Shown: positions 45,969 to 57,333 of the stretch, in pieces | Numbering within the stretch: position 1 is the first letter of the stretch | How the letters are laid out: each line of letters opens with the position of its first letter | Assembly: GCA_047459655.1 (NCBI GenBank) | Contig: JAJREF010000005.1 | Location: 256,001-320,000 of the forward strand | Direction: 5' to 3' | From: Rhabdochlamydiaceae bacterium | GTDB taxonomy: Bacteria; Chlamydiota; Chlamydiia; Chlamydiales; Rhabdochlamydiaceae | DNA: 64,000 nt | Program-made: the position numbers and the translations under genes | The notes under the pieces: generated by a model | Seen by the model: only the letters and a program-made list of their open reading frames with translations | Database searches by the model: none | Told to the model about the DNA's origin: nothing

Positions 45969-46966
45969 ATGAAAATAGGTTATTTAGGCGCAGGAACGTG
46001 GGGTTTTTGCTTAGCTTCTTTGCTGGCTTCTAAAGGCCATGAAGTGGTTTTGTGGGCGCAGCGAGAGGATTTTGCGCGTCACCTTTCTAAAAGAGGGAAC
46101 ACCCTAAACTTGCCAATTATACAGCAGAAGAGAATCTCAAGTTTACAAGTAACTTGGAAGAGGCGCTGGTTGGAATTGATTTCCTAGTGGAGTCTGTTAG
46201 TTCTTCAGGGGTTCGCCCTGTGCTTGAGCAGGTCTTGGCAGCCGGTGGCGTTAAATGTCCTATTATCATCACTTCCAAGGGTATTGAGCAGAATAGTTGC
46301 TTGCTTTTGCCAGAAGTTGTCTTAGAAGTTTTTGGAATTGGGTATCGTAAGCTGGTCGGGTGTTTAAGTGGGCCTAGCCATGCTGAAGAGGTGATTCAAA
46401 AATTGCCTACCTCAATTGTGTGTTCTGCATACGAGTCTACGCTTGCTCTCCAAATACAAGAGCTTTTTTCTACTCCCTTTTTCCGCCTTTATCCTAATCT
46501 CGATGTCAATGGCGTTGCCTTTGGTGGGGCGATGAAAAACATCATTGCGATTGCCTGCGGCATTTCTGATGGGCTGGGATTTGGGGATAATACAAAAGCA
46601 GCTTTGATGACGAGAGGACTACATGAGATACGCAAGCTCTCTGTCACAAAAGGAGCCAATCCAGAGACTGTTAATGGCCTTTCAGGGCTTGGGGATTTAT
46701 GTGTTACATGCCTATCTAAGCACAGCCGTAACTATGCCTTTGGCAAGTTGATTGCAGAGGGCCTCGATATCGGGAGCGCTAAAGAAAAGATTGGTATGGT
46801 TGTAGAGGGGGCCTATACAGCTATTTCAGCTCTCCAGCTAGCTCAGCAGTTCCATATCGAAGTGCCTATTACGCAGGCTGTCTACGCTATTCTGTATGAG
46901 GGACTTAATCCTAGAGAAGCGGTCAGAGGGCTTTTGCAACGCTCGATCAAAGAAGAGCACCTTTAG
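45969..46966 (+). CDS. gpsA: NAD(P)H-dependent glycerol-3-phosphate dehydrogenase (frameshift near 46090)
   Basis: [34 protein letters not shown]. Confidence 0.93.
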
Positions 46967-47050
46967 GAGCCCCTGAGCAACTCTGTGAAATCGCTAAAAA
47001 AATCTTTGATTTTTTCGTTTTATCAGATGCCAGAGTTGTGCAGAGGTCTC
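46967..47050. repeat. Short family D MITE copy directly after gpsA stop
   Basis: GAGCCCCTGAGCAACTCTG...CAGAGTTGTGCAGAGGTCTC; AAATCGCTAAAA shared with the 63082 copy. Confidence 0.75.
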
Positions 47051-47126
47051 TTTGATATTCAAATTATAATTTTAATAACTCTTCTTTCAATATAACCTTT
47101 TGGTCGGTATACTATCTCACATAATT

Positions 47127-48469
47127 ATGAAAAAAATAAAATTAGCATTAGTAGGACGTCCTAACGTTGGGAAGTCGGCTCTTTTCAACTGTATCTGTGG
47201 AAAGCGGATTGCAATTGTCGATGAAGAGGAGGGGACAACGCGGGATCGCATTTACGGAACAACAGATTTTTTTGGAAAGCCTTTAACCATTATTGATACA
47301 GGAGGAATCGACACGCGCAGTGGCGTTCCTTTTGGCGAAGAGATTAAGCGGCAAGCAGAGACAGCAATTGAAGAGGCTGATGCGCTTGTCATGGTTGTGG
47401 ATGGAAAAGCAGGACTTACACCGCTTGATAAGGATATTGCGCGGTTTTTACTGAGACAGAAAAAGCCTATTTGCTTGGCTGTCAATAAAGTCGATGATCT
47501 ATCAAAACTGCTTTACGTCCATGAATTTCACTCTCTTGGCATTCAAACGATGGTTCCTGTTTCTGCCACGCAAGGTTTTCAAATTGCTGAGCTTTTAGAA
47601 GCTTCTTTACACAAATCTCTTTTTGAAAATGTGAGAGATGAAGAAGAAAAAGATACAATCCGAGTTGCAATTGTTGGTAAGCCAAATGTTGGTAAATCAA
47701 CACTGCTCAATCGCCTTTTAAACGAAAATAGATCGGTTGTAAGTCCTATCCCTGGAACAACGCGGGATTCTATCGATGCTGAACTCATTGTCGATGGAAC
47801 TTCTTTTACGTTTATCGATACAGCGGGCGTGCGCAAAAAAAAATCAGAGCATTTTGCTGTTGATAAATTTGCCGCTGTTAGAACAGAGCGTGCGATAGAA
47901 AGAGCTGATATTTGCCTTTTAATGTTGGATGCAAAAGAAGGGATTACAGCCCACGAAAAAAGAATTGCCAGCATGATCGAAGAGCAAGGAAAGGGGTGCA
48001 TTCTTTGGTGAACAAATGGGATCTTGTAGAAGGGCAGCGGATGGAGCATTGTGAAATTGCCATCCGTGATGAGGCTTCTTTTTTAAACTATGTTCCTAAA
48101 TTATTTATTTCTGCTGAGAAACAAAGAAATATTCCTAAACTATTTCCCCTGATCAAAGAGGTTAGAGAAGGACAAAAATTACGTATTGGAACAGGTCAGC
48201 TCAACCGCTTCCTTGAAAAAGCAATTGCTGCTTACCATCCTCCGATGATCCAAGGCAAACGTCTCCGTATCTATTACATGGCACACGTTGAAATGCAACC
48301 ACCAACGTTTGTTCTTTTTGTTAACTACACAAAACTCATGCAAGAGACTTACAAGCGGTATCTTATTCACCAGTTTAGAGAATCTTACGGTTTTTCTGGT
48401 AATCCTCTTGTATTCATTCTTAAAGCAAGAGAGCGCGCTGCGTTCTTCGGTGAAAAAGGTGATGCATAA
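47127..48469 (+). CDS. der: Ribosome biogenesis GTPase Der (frameshift near 48005)
   Basis: Two G domains (GRPNVGKS, GKPNVGKS), NKWD, KH-like PPTF. Confidence 0.95.
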
Positions 48470-48483
48470 TCTAGGAGGGCTCT

Positions 48484-49228
48484 ATGGAAATAGGAAGCAT
48501 TTCAAGTGCTTTAATGACCAGTGTAACTGTAGCTAGAAATGCTTCTCGAGAAAATTCCCCATGGCAACAGCGGGTGAAAGTAGTTGTAGGTACACCCTGT
48601 TTTCTTCTGGTTGCTTCAGTTGCCGTTGTAGAAACAGTAGTCTATGCAATTTTTGCTCAAATGGCTCTGCCCTTCTGCCCATTAACAAAAAAGCCCTTTC
48701 TTTTTTGGTGAGCGTCTCAAAAGTAGCTCCTTTACGGCTCTATGGGCATTAGCTGTTGCCTGCATTTTCAACCGACGTTCCATTCGTCTACCAGTTGATG
48801 AAAGGACGGCCCCTTTTTACGCGCAAGGTATTAATCGCACAACGATTCCCGTAGCCAATCCAAGATTGCTTATCCAATTTATCTTGCATGGCATGCCGGA
48901 ATTTGAAGAAGATGATTATAGTGATCCTGCATTCATGTCTCGTTTATTTGAAGCGATTATATTTAGATGCTTATTTGCGCAGGGAGAATCTAGATTTCTT
49001 TTAAAATTTCTCCAAAAAGGAACTCAAGACAAGCTTACTGAGTTACAAGACAAAACTTATCCTCCAAATGTCATTGAAGCCTTAAGAAAAAAATCTTCAC
49101 TAAGGAAGAAGTTTCTACAGAGGAAGATCAACAGTTAAAAGAATTATGGAAAGAAGTTGTCGGCATTGCATCAAAAGAAAGCCAAGGGAGTCCGTTAAAT
49201 CAATGGTTAGGAGAAGTACTCCATATGA
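48484..49228 (+). CDS. Hypothetical protein in several frameshifted fragments
   Basis: GGAGG RBS, hydrophobic N-terminal region, consecutive ORF pieces. Confidence 0.45.
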
Positions 49229-49740
49229 ACCCGAGAAGTTCAGAAATTTCCTTTATGAAAGAAATACTCCCGAACCTTGCTCATGTGTTTTTTACCTCTT
49301 TACAATTTTTCCAGCTGCAATCTGCTGCAGGGAAAGGTGCGTTCTATGACAAAGCATCAGGTTACATGGAAGCGGGATATCCGTATGTGCGGATCTTACT
49401 ATCTTTCGTAATTTTGAAGTCTATTCCTCAACACGAAGTAGGTCGTAGAATTCCTTTCTTTCTAGCGGATATTTTGCTGCTAGGCGATGCATTTGCAAAA
49501 GTTGCTGGGCAATTTACAATCAGGAAGTTATCACCTCTTCCACCCGCTCCAATAGGGATGGCGTTTAGAGTGGCTCACGTTAGGGCCCTCTTCTTTAATT
49601 TGAATATCTTTATGGGAGCAGACAATCTGTTCTCTAAAACAGCTTCCATTTTCTCAGTGTTTGCCTCCGGGGATGTATTTTGTATGGAGACGTGCAAGTC
49701 GTTTCATCTGTGTTGCGCGGGCTATCGCCGGAATTGCTAG
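49225..49740 (+). CDS. Hypothetical membrane protein
   Basis: 171-aa ORF, hydrophobic. Confidence 0.45.
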   Translation: MNPRSSEISFMKEILPNLAHVFFTSLQFFQLQSAAGKGAFYDKASGYMEAGYPYVRILLSFVILKSIPQHEVGRRIPFFLADILLLGDAFAKVAGQFTIRKLSPLPPAPIGMAFRVAHVRALFFNLNIFMGADNLFSKTASIFSVFASGDVFCMETCKSFHLCCAGYRRNC

Positions 49741-49780
49741 ATTATATGAATTGGTACTTAAGAAGTCGCCTTGAGGCTTA

Positions 49781-49825
49781 GGAACTGGGCAAGTCATTTG
49801 CCGAATCTGCTGCTAATTTTTGCGA
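49781..49825. repeat. Family C fragment
   Basis: GGAACTGGGCAAGTCATTTGCCGAATCTGCTGCTAATTTTTGCGA versus 4602-4650. Confidence 0.65.
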
Positions 49826-49857
49826 GATTGTAACATGATTGAATACGCTGACTTGAA

Positions 49858-50230
49858 CTAAGGAAAGTCGGTTTTCCAGCGCTGTCCGTCAATGTAGGCT
49901 GTCTTATAAACCCATGGGTCATCGTTTTCTCGGAGGAGGCGATCACACCCCATGATATACCCTTTGAAAAAGCCATATTTGGTCATGGCTTCAAACATAT
50001 AGGAGGAACTGCTTGGGCTTAAAGTGGCTGCGTGGTCCATCAACGGGTGAAATAACGGTTTGGTGGAAGTGGATAATTTGACGCATAATACGGGTTGGAA
50101 TGGAGGGCTCAGATTCTTTCGTGCGTTGGGGGGGTATATTTAGATCGGCATCTTTTCCCCAGGGCTCGAAGAAGCCTGGTGAGGCAAGGAGCTGGAGAGG
50201 TAAGAAAAGTAGGAGTAATTTAAAACGCAT
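49858..50230 (-). CDS. YidD-like protein with signal-peptide-like N-terminus (frameshifted)
   Basis: I.FHQ..ISP.DGPRSHFKP, SSSY..EA..KYG..KG..MGCDRLLR. Confidence 0.7.
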
Positions 50231-51158
50231 GGCGGAGCATCAGTATAGGGAAAAGTTTTTTTTCGTTCATCATCGGAGTTGTAACGCGTTCATAGACTCT
50301 TTCATTGTAAAATTTAGTTTCAAGACCAGCGCCGTAGATGCCTCCAAAGTACCAGCCTGCTTCGAAGCTGGTGGTGATGAGGCCTGCTGCTAGGTTCCCT
50401 CTTTCAAAAAAGTAAACAGAAGCCCATATAAAAAGTCCGTTGAGGAGAAGGGCTGTGCAGCCTGACTGTTTTTGTCCTATGTAGAAGTAGCCAGCACCTG
50501 GAAGAATGGCGTTGAGAGTTTGGGCCTTGCCGATCGATTTTTTTTGCATTTGGTAGGCATTTAAGAGTTTCTGCACGTCGGGGTTAGAGGGTGCTATTGT
50601 TTGGAGCGTGGCAATATCTCCTTGGATGAGGTTGCCTGAAAGGGAAATCTTATCGGCAAGGGGGGTGTCTGTTTGACGCATGATCTGGTGGACTTTTTCT
50701 GCTTTTTCTATTTCATCGTTGTTGAGATAGCAGTCGTACAAGATGATCAAAAGGTCTTTATAGGCGGGAAATTCTGGGGTAACTGTTGTAAGATTGCCTT
50801 TTTCAAAGACATAGATTGCCTCAGAATATTTTTTTCCTAAGTAGTAGCAGAGGAGAACTTCATACTCGATTTCTATTTTTCTAGATAGGTGTTCAGGAGG
50901 TAATAAAAACTCTGCGCGTTTAAAGGCGGTCATTGCTTGATAGAGATCGAGTTCTTTAGCAAAGCCAAGGGCAACGAGGTATTCCCGTCCCCAGTCTTCA
51001 TGTCGCTCAGGGGGTGAGAGCGCGGGAAAGGGAGAGGGAAGATTCTTGAGATATTTATCTTGCACCACGTGACTGAGTTTAGGCTTTTTATCTTCTTGGA
51101 CATGGTGGCAGGAAGAAAAAAATAGCAGGCATAGAATGACTAGGATATGCCTATTCAT
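50220..51158 (-). CDS. TPR-like lipoprotein with C-terminal TM segments
   Basis: Lipobox FSSC, helical repeats, ILPGAGYFYIG. Confidence 0.7.
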   Translation of the reverse strand: MNRHILVILCLLFFSSCHHVQEDKKPKLSHVVQDKYLKNLPSPFPALSPPERHEDWGREYLVALGFAKELDLYQAMTAFKRAEFLLPPEHLSRKIEIEYEVLLCYYLGKKYSEAIYVFEKGNLTTVTPEFPAYKDLLIILYDCYLNNDEIEKAEKVHQIMRQTDTPLADKISLSGNLIQGDIATLQTIAPSNPDVQKLLNAYQMQKKSIGKAQTLNAILPGAGYFYIGQKQSGCTALLLNGLFIWASVYFFERGNLAAGLITTSFEAGWYFGGIYGAGLETKFYNERVYERVTTPMMNEKKLFPILMLRHAF

Positions 51159-54100
51159 TTTCTGGGTACTTGATGAGGTCAATGGCTTCATCGAACTCTT
51201 CTTTTAAGATTCTGATTTTTGCTTGATCTTTATAGATGTCTTCTTGAGTAGAGGTGACTTTCTTATAATCTTCGTAAGTATTGATGATGTGGGGGCGGAC
51301 AAAGATGATCACGTTATTTTTTTGATCGAGGCGGTCATTTTCTGAGAAGAGAGCGCCGATGACAGGAAGAGCACCTAGACAAGGGATAGAAGTCTTGAAT
51401 CTCGTTTTCGATTCTTGGATCATCCCACTTAAAACAACAAAATGTTTGTCAGGTACATGGACGCGGGTATTCATGTTGGTATGGCTTGTCAAAATGCCCG
51501 TTGGCTGCTGGTTGGTGTTGTTAGAGTTAGTCCCTTGGTTAGGGCTGCCAATCACTTCACTGATGTCATTTGAGATGTCGAGGGTAACAATGTCACTATT
51601 ACCGATGGTGGGTGTGATGCTGAGGTTAAAGCCGATATCTCGGTATTCAATGTTCTGATTGGTTTGAACAAAAGAGCTTTGCGAGGCGACAAGTGATCCC
51701 ACAAAAGGGACGTTTTGACCTACGAAAATAGTAGAGTTTCTGTTGTCTTGTGTGATGATCTTCGGGTTCATGACAACGGTGCTATCTGTGTCTAGTTGTA
51801 AAGCATTCACTAAGCTTCCTAGAGAGATAAAGGATTGCCCTTTATGCATGATAATATCCCCAATAATTCCTAGGTCAAACCCTGTAAAGAAGGGAATCAT
51901 CGAGGTGGCATTTGGGGTGTTGGTTGCGCTTACGCTACCTAAGGAGGCAGGAAAAGGATCCGTAACGGGGAAGTTAGTGTTGACGTTGCTGGTATTTGCT
52001 CCTTGGAGAGGGAAATTTCCTGTTCCTGCGCCAAAGCGGTTCAGATATTGCATTTTACCACCCCACTGGAGTCCGAAGTTTTGAGAGTTGGTCATGTTGG
52101 TTTCAATGACAAGCACTTCAATGAAAACTTGGCGTAGTGGAATATCTAAATTCTGAATGAGTGTTTTTACCTTTATCAAGGTTGCTGGATCACCAGATGC
52201 AATTAAGGAGTTTGTCACATTGATCCATTGGAGCGAGTTGATCGCTTTCAGTAGATTTTGTGTTTGGGCAGGCTCTGATTGAGAGATTTGGGGGGCCATT
52301 TTTTTCAAAGCCGTCAGAATCTCATCGCCTTGGTGGTACTGTATTTTGTAGATGAGAAAATTCAGAATTTTCTGCGATAGAAGGCGCGGCGACTCCATCT
52401 CCTTTATAGGTCGATGTGGTGTCAAATCTGGTCAGGAGCTCTTCTATCTGTCTCGTTGCGGCTGCATGTCCGGAAATTAGAAGGGAGGAGGTGCGCGGGA
52501 TCCATTTTAATTGGTCGATAGAGGCAAACAGATCGGGGTCTGAGATTCCTGAAGTTTGAAGACTGCTTTTAAAATCTTTGAGAGCCTTGATGAGCTCAGG
52601 GCCTGGAACGCTTTTGGGTGTGTAGACGATAAAGCTAAGGGGCTCTGAAGGTTTAGCAGATCTGGCTGTGGGAGTGTCGAACTGCATAAGAAGCTGCTGG
52701 ACCATTTGGAGCGTTTCTTTAGATCCTGTTACTAAAACAGAATGTGTCTCTTCAATCCATTTCAGTGTTTGTAGTGATTCGAACAACTTGTTCGTTGATG
52801 ATGCCGCGGTTTTTGAGATCGGAAATAGCCGTACGGATTGCTGCAATGAGATTGTCATGAGAGATATGTTCAACTCGGTAGACTAAGAAGGTGGTTTGAT
52901 TGAGTTCTGCAAGTTCTTCGCCAGCGGGTGTCATGACATCAACTTTTATAAGTAATTCTTTAACTTTATCAAGCGTAGGAGGGGTCCCTGTAAAAACAAG
53001 GGAGTTGGAAGAGGTTACAAAGCGCATGGTTTGGAGTGTGATCAAAAGATCGGGATCTAGCAAGCCGGAGGATTCTAAGTTTTTAGAGACTTCCTTAAGA
53101 GAACGCTCCAGCTCATTTCCTGTTTGGTGTAGGGGTCTGTAGATGTAAAAAGCAGTCTTTTCCCCTCTGCTTTGCATTTCATATGAGACGCCCAAGATAT
53201 CAAACTCTTGGATGAGTTGCTTGACTTGTTCAATTGCGCTTGGAGAACCTGTAATAAGGATAGAGTTGTTGTCTTTAACCCACTTAGAGTGCTCGATGGC
53301 TTCAATCAAGGCTGGGTTGGGAATTTTAGAGTCTTTTAAATCTTTGGCGACCTGTTTTAAATTTTTCAATTAATACATCCCCTTCACAGTGTTTGAGTTT
53401 ATAAAGGGAAAAGGTCATAACGCCTTGGCCCGAACCATTTTCGGCAGAATCAAAGGTCAATAAAAACTCTTTAATACGGTTCAAAGTCAGAGAGTCTGCT
53501 TTAAAGACAAATGACTGAGAATTCAGAAATCCATTTCATATCTTCAATGGCTTTATGTAAGTTGACATCAAATGGGTTCTTCAAATCAAGGTCTGAAGCT
53601 AGGATGTCTAAGTCTTTTTCTAGCCTTTCTTTAGAGACAAACTTTAGTTTGTAGAGAAAAAGTTCCCCATCTTGATGTAGTTCTTGGGAGCTATCTAAGG
53701 AAATCAGCAGTTCTTGGATTTGTTTTAAAGAAGCTTCATCACCCGTAAATACAAGAGAGTGGGTCGCAGGAATCCACTTCATGTGTTCAATGGTTTGAAG
53801 GAAAGCGACATTTGCAAGGCCTGATATTTTTAGATTACTGCCAATGTCTTTTAGTGCTTTTTCTAATTCTTCCCCCTTCCGGAACTTAGGAGAGTGGACA
53901 TAAAACTGGTAAGGGATCACATTTCTGATCTGTCCATCGGCAAGGTAGGGAACATCAAACGAGGGCAGCATCCCCTTTAATCGCTCCAATGCATGATCAC
54001 TGCCGGTGAATATAAGAGAGTGGGTAGCTCCTTAATGTACCGCATGTTTTTAACAACCTGAATCAATCCGATAATCAGGGATAGGAGATTTTTTCTAAAT

Positions 54101-55593
54101 CTTCGGTTAACTGGTATAAGGACTTTTCCAAATCTTTTTTGCTAGCGTGTTGTAGTCGATAGATGAAGAAATTGCTTGATGTTGCACTTGTGGCATCCAG
54201 CGCGGGTAGTATTTCTGTGAGTTTTGGAGCGCTGCTTGATTGCCTGTAAAGACAAAAGAATTTGTTTCTTTGATATAATTCATGCTCAAGATCGATTCGA
54301 TGAGCATTTTATCGGGTATGGGGGCTTTTTCTAAGTTTTCACATAATTTATCGAGGGCTGCTTCAAATTGTTTTTCGTTTGCATTTTGTAGTTTATAGAC
54401 AAAGAAATTGCTTTTAAGGGCTTGGCCCGTAATTTTGATATCTATCAAAGGTACTAACTCTTTGATCTGTGCAATGGCATTTTCATCTCCTACAAAGAGC
54501 ATAGAGTAGGATTCTTTGATCCATTTTGCATTTTCTAAAGTGTTTGTCAGCTTGGGGGCTGCCTTATTGGATTTTAGCTCTTCTACAAGGTCTTCTAAGG
54601 CATTCACAAACTCAGCATAAGAGAGATTGTGCAGTTGATAGAGGAAAATATTATTTTAAAGAGTCTTTTCCGATCGGGTAGGTGGCTAAGATATCAAGAA
54701 TCTTCAAAAACATTCATCACCTTCTCATTTAGATAAGCAGTAGATACGAGAAAGATTTTATTTGTTCCTGGTTGAGGGACAAGAATAAGAGGGTTGCCTT
54801 CTTTAAAGGGTTCAACGAGCTGCGTCCCCAGTTGAATAAGGTCGAGTGGGTTTGCGTGTTTTACTTCGTAACTCTCAATTTCAATAGGAGAATGAGGGGC
54901 GTCGATGCTCGCTAAGAGAGAGGAGATCTTATCTACATTCGTTGTCACATCTGTAACGATCATCTGGTTGGTTTCTGGAAGACTTCTAGGGTAGAAGACG
55001 CCGATAACATCGATTTTACGATTGTGGCAACCGTTGACAATTTTGCATTGTTGATTCTGAAAACGCGGGTGACAATCGGAACAGGCCCATTCAGGCCCTT
55101 CTGGAAGGTCATTGGAGACAATCGTAGCAATTTGATTGACCGTTTTAGAAGGTGTAATGAGAAGGTTATTATCTTCTTCTAAAATTGATAAATCATGAAC
55201 GCGCAGTAACTGAATCAGCGTTGACATGATGTTACGTGGAGTCACAGGATCTTTTGAGATAATGGTGACGGTAAAAGGTAGATCTTGCTCATTAAAAATG
55301 AAATTCAATCCAGTGATTTTGCTGACAAAGCGGATGTATTCAACAAATGAAATGTTATTGAAATTGATCGTGTAGTCATTTTGGTTGATAGCCGTATCAT
55401 CTACGCTAGGCTTGTTGTGTTCGATGACATGATCAGGTAATTGATCTAAAATTTTCTCATCGCGGCTCCATATGTAGGAAATTTCTCCTGGCTCTGCATT
55501 TTCTGCACGCAAAAAAGGAGCGTGAAGGAGAACAACTCCCAGCGCGGCTTCTAATACGAAAGATCTTCTTAACCTAAACAAAAATTCCTGCAT
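51151..55593 (-). CDS. sctC: T3SS outer-membrane secretin SctC/CdsC (many frameshifts)
   Basis: N0 domain INFNNI..EYIRFVSKITG.NF, repeated N3-like units, secretin core LDIPLRQVFIEVL, YRDIG, IPCLG.LP.IG.LF; T3SS cluster context. Confidence 0.88.
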
Positions 55594-55765
55594 ATATCAA
55601 CGAGTGTGACTCGCAATCCTAGAATAAGTGGTTGTTTATTGTAAACCTGAGTTTTGATTTTGGAAAAGATTTCTTGTTTGGAACAAGATGCATTTAGAAT
55701 TTTTGACTGGGCGAAATTGAAAATGATTGATAGGCTGATATCTTTATCATAAGCGGAAAAGTCAG

Positions 55766-56185
55766 ATGCAGTTCTATATAGCAACATCACTCTCAAGGGC
55801 AAAAGCTCATCAAAGGGTCAGAGACGCTCTCAAAGCATTTGGTCATGCAATTTCATATGATTGGACTTTGCACGGCGGCGTGAAGTCTGTTAGTAAAGAG
55901 CGTCTAAGAGAGGTAGCTGCACTTGAACTAGACGGTGTTTCGAAAGCTGACTTTGTTGTTATTCTACTCCCCAGGCGGGGGAGGGACGCACATTGAACTG
56001 GGTTTTGCATTGGCAACGGGGAAAAGATCTTTCTTCATTCCGAAGACCCGCTAGCATTTGAGCTTGGGCCTCAGACAAACGCATTCTACCACCACCCTGC
56101 CATTACCCAGCTTCTCTGCCCTCTTGCTGATGTTGGTGGAACGGTGAATTCCTTACTTACAGATCCAGTTATGCTTCCACACTAA
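55766..56185 (+). CDS. Nucleoside 2-deoxyribosyltransferase-like protein (frameshifted)
   Basis: FYIATS, YDWT.H, E.DGV..ADFVVILLP, G.G.H.ELG.A. Confidence 0.65.
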
Positions 56186-56317
56186 GGGGTGGTGAAATCG
56201 TTCATTTTATTGTTTCACAATCCCTAATACCATTTCCCAACATATGCGATTAGACCTCTTTTGAATTTAAGGTCCTGTCGATTTTTAGGTTCTTTTAAGC
56301 AGATTTTCGGTTTAATA

Positions 56318-56472
56318 ACCATTCGTAATAAATAACGTCATATTTCAGCTGCGTAAAAGCCTTAATTCAATGATTGTAAGCTGGTTATTATTAAGCAAAT
56401 ACAACCAAATTTGCGATCATTGAATTAAGGCGCTTTGACGCGCTCAAATATGTCTTTATTTTTCGGAAATGG
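56318..56472. mobile_element. MITE family A copy
   Basis: Colinear with 2789-2951 (CATATTTCAGCTGCGT...GCCTTAATTCAA...TTGAATTAAGGCGCTTTGACGCGCTCAAAT). Confidence 0.85.
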
Positions 56473-56543
56473 CTCGTTTTTTAATCTGTTGACTATGTAT
56501 CACTAAAATGGTACGCTTGCATTTTTAGATTTAAGGTGGCTGA

Positions 56544-56932
56544 ATGAAGGAATACATCGCTTACAAAGGAAGTGAGTTCACCATTGAGTGGTACCACGAT
56601 GTGAATGGGAAATCTCCAGCTCTGGACCACTTCAAAAACCAAAGAGAAGATAAACAACGCCAGTTACTTAAGCTTCTTCGATTAATGGGTGAACATGGAA
56701 AGATTTTTGATGAGACAAAATTTCGGAATGAAGGTGATAAAATATACGCGTTTAAGCCTCAACCTGACCGATATCTTTGCTTCTTCTTTAAAGGAAAGAA
56801 AATTATCTTAACAAACGCATTTACTAAGAAAGCACAGAAGCTCCCGCGAGGAGAAAAAGAGCTAGCTCTTAAAGCTTATCAAAGCTATGAAAAAGAATTA
56901 AGGAGGGAACCTATTATGAAAAAAAAATCTAA
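56544..56932 (+). CDS. RelE/HigB (Gp49-like) toxin; reads in frame with the antitoxin in this assembly
   Basis: G.SP..D.F, KIYAFKP..DRYLCFF, ILTNAFTKKAQKLP.GE; one added A near 56890 gives stop TAA at 56930-56932. Confidence 0.75.
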
Positions 56933-57224
56933 ATCTACCTATGAAAAATTCATAAAAAATAAAAAACAAAAACGGCTTCTTGATAGCGAATATAGAGAAC
57001 TTTTAATTTCAGAATTACTACTTGCTACTATGGAAGAGGATCATATTTCAGTAAGGAAATTAGCAGCAGAAGCTAGTGTGTCTCCTACAATTGTTCAAAG
57101 CTTAAAAACAGGGAAAAAAACAAACATCACCATTGATACCTTATCGAGAATCTTGGATGTCGTCGGCTACCAAATCATCCTAGCACCTAAAAGTGGATCT
57201 GGCAAGCAGCTCAAAATGGCGTGA
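56916..57224 (+). CDS. XRE/HTH antitoxin
   Basis: AGGAGG RBS then ATG 56916; ISVRKLAAEASVSPTIVQSLKTG HTH. Confidence 0.78.
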   Translation: MKKKSKSTYEKFIKNKKQKRLLDSEYRELLISELLLATMEEDHISVRKLAAEASVSPTIVQSLKTGKKTNITIDTLSRILDVVGYQIILAPKSGSGKQLKMA

Positions 57225-57333
57225 GGCGAAATCTTAATTAGACCTCTTTTGAAATTCTAATGCTCTTGGATTTGAGTTCTTTTTTCGCTGGTTGGAAGAT
57301 CGATTTGTGGGTCTATTGAGATTTTCTGTGAAT

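Noticed and set aside
56544..57224. Single 226-aa toxin-antitoxin fusion protein
   Set aside because: One added A in the run near 56890 gives a toxin ending YEKRIKEGTYYEKKI*, and the antitoxin has its own AGGAGG RBS and ATG at 56916
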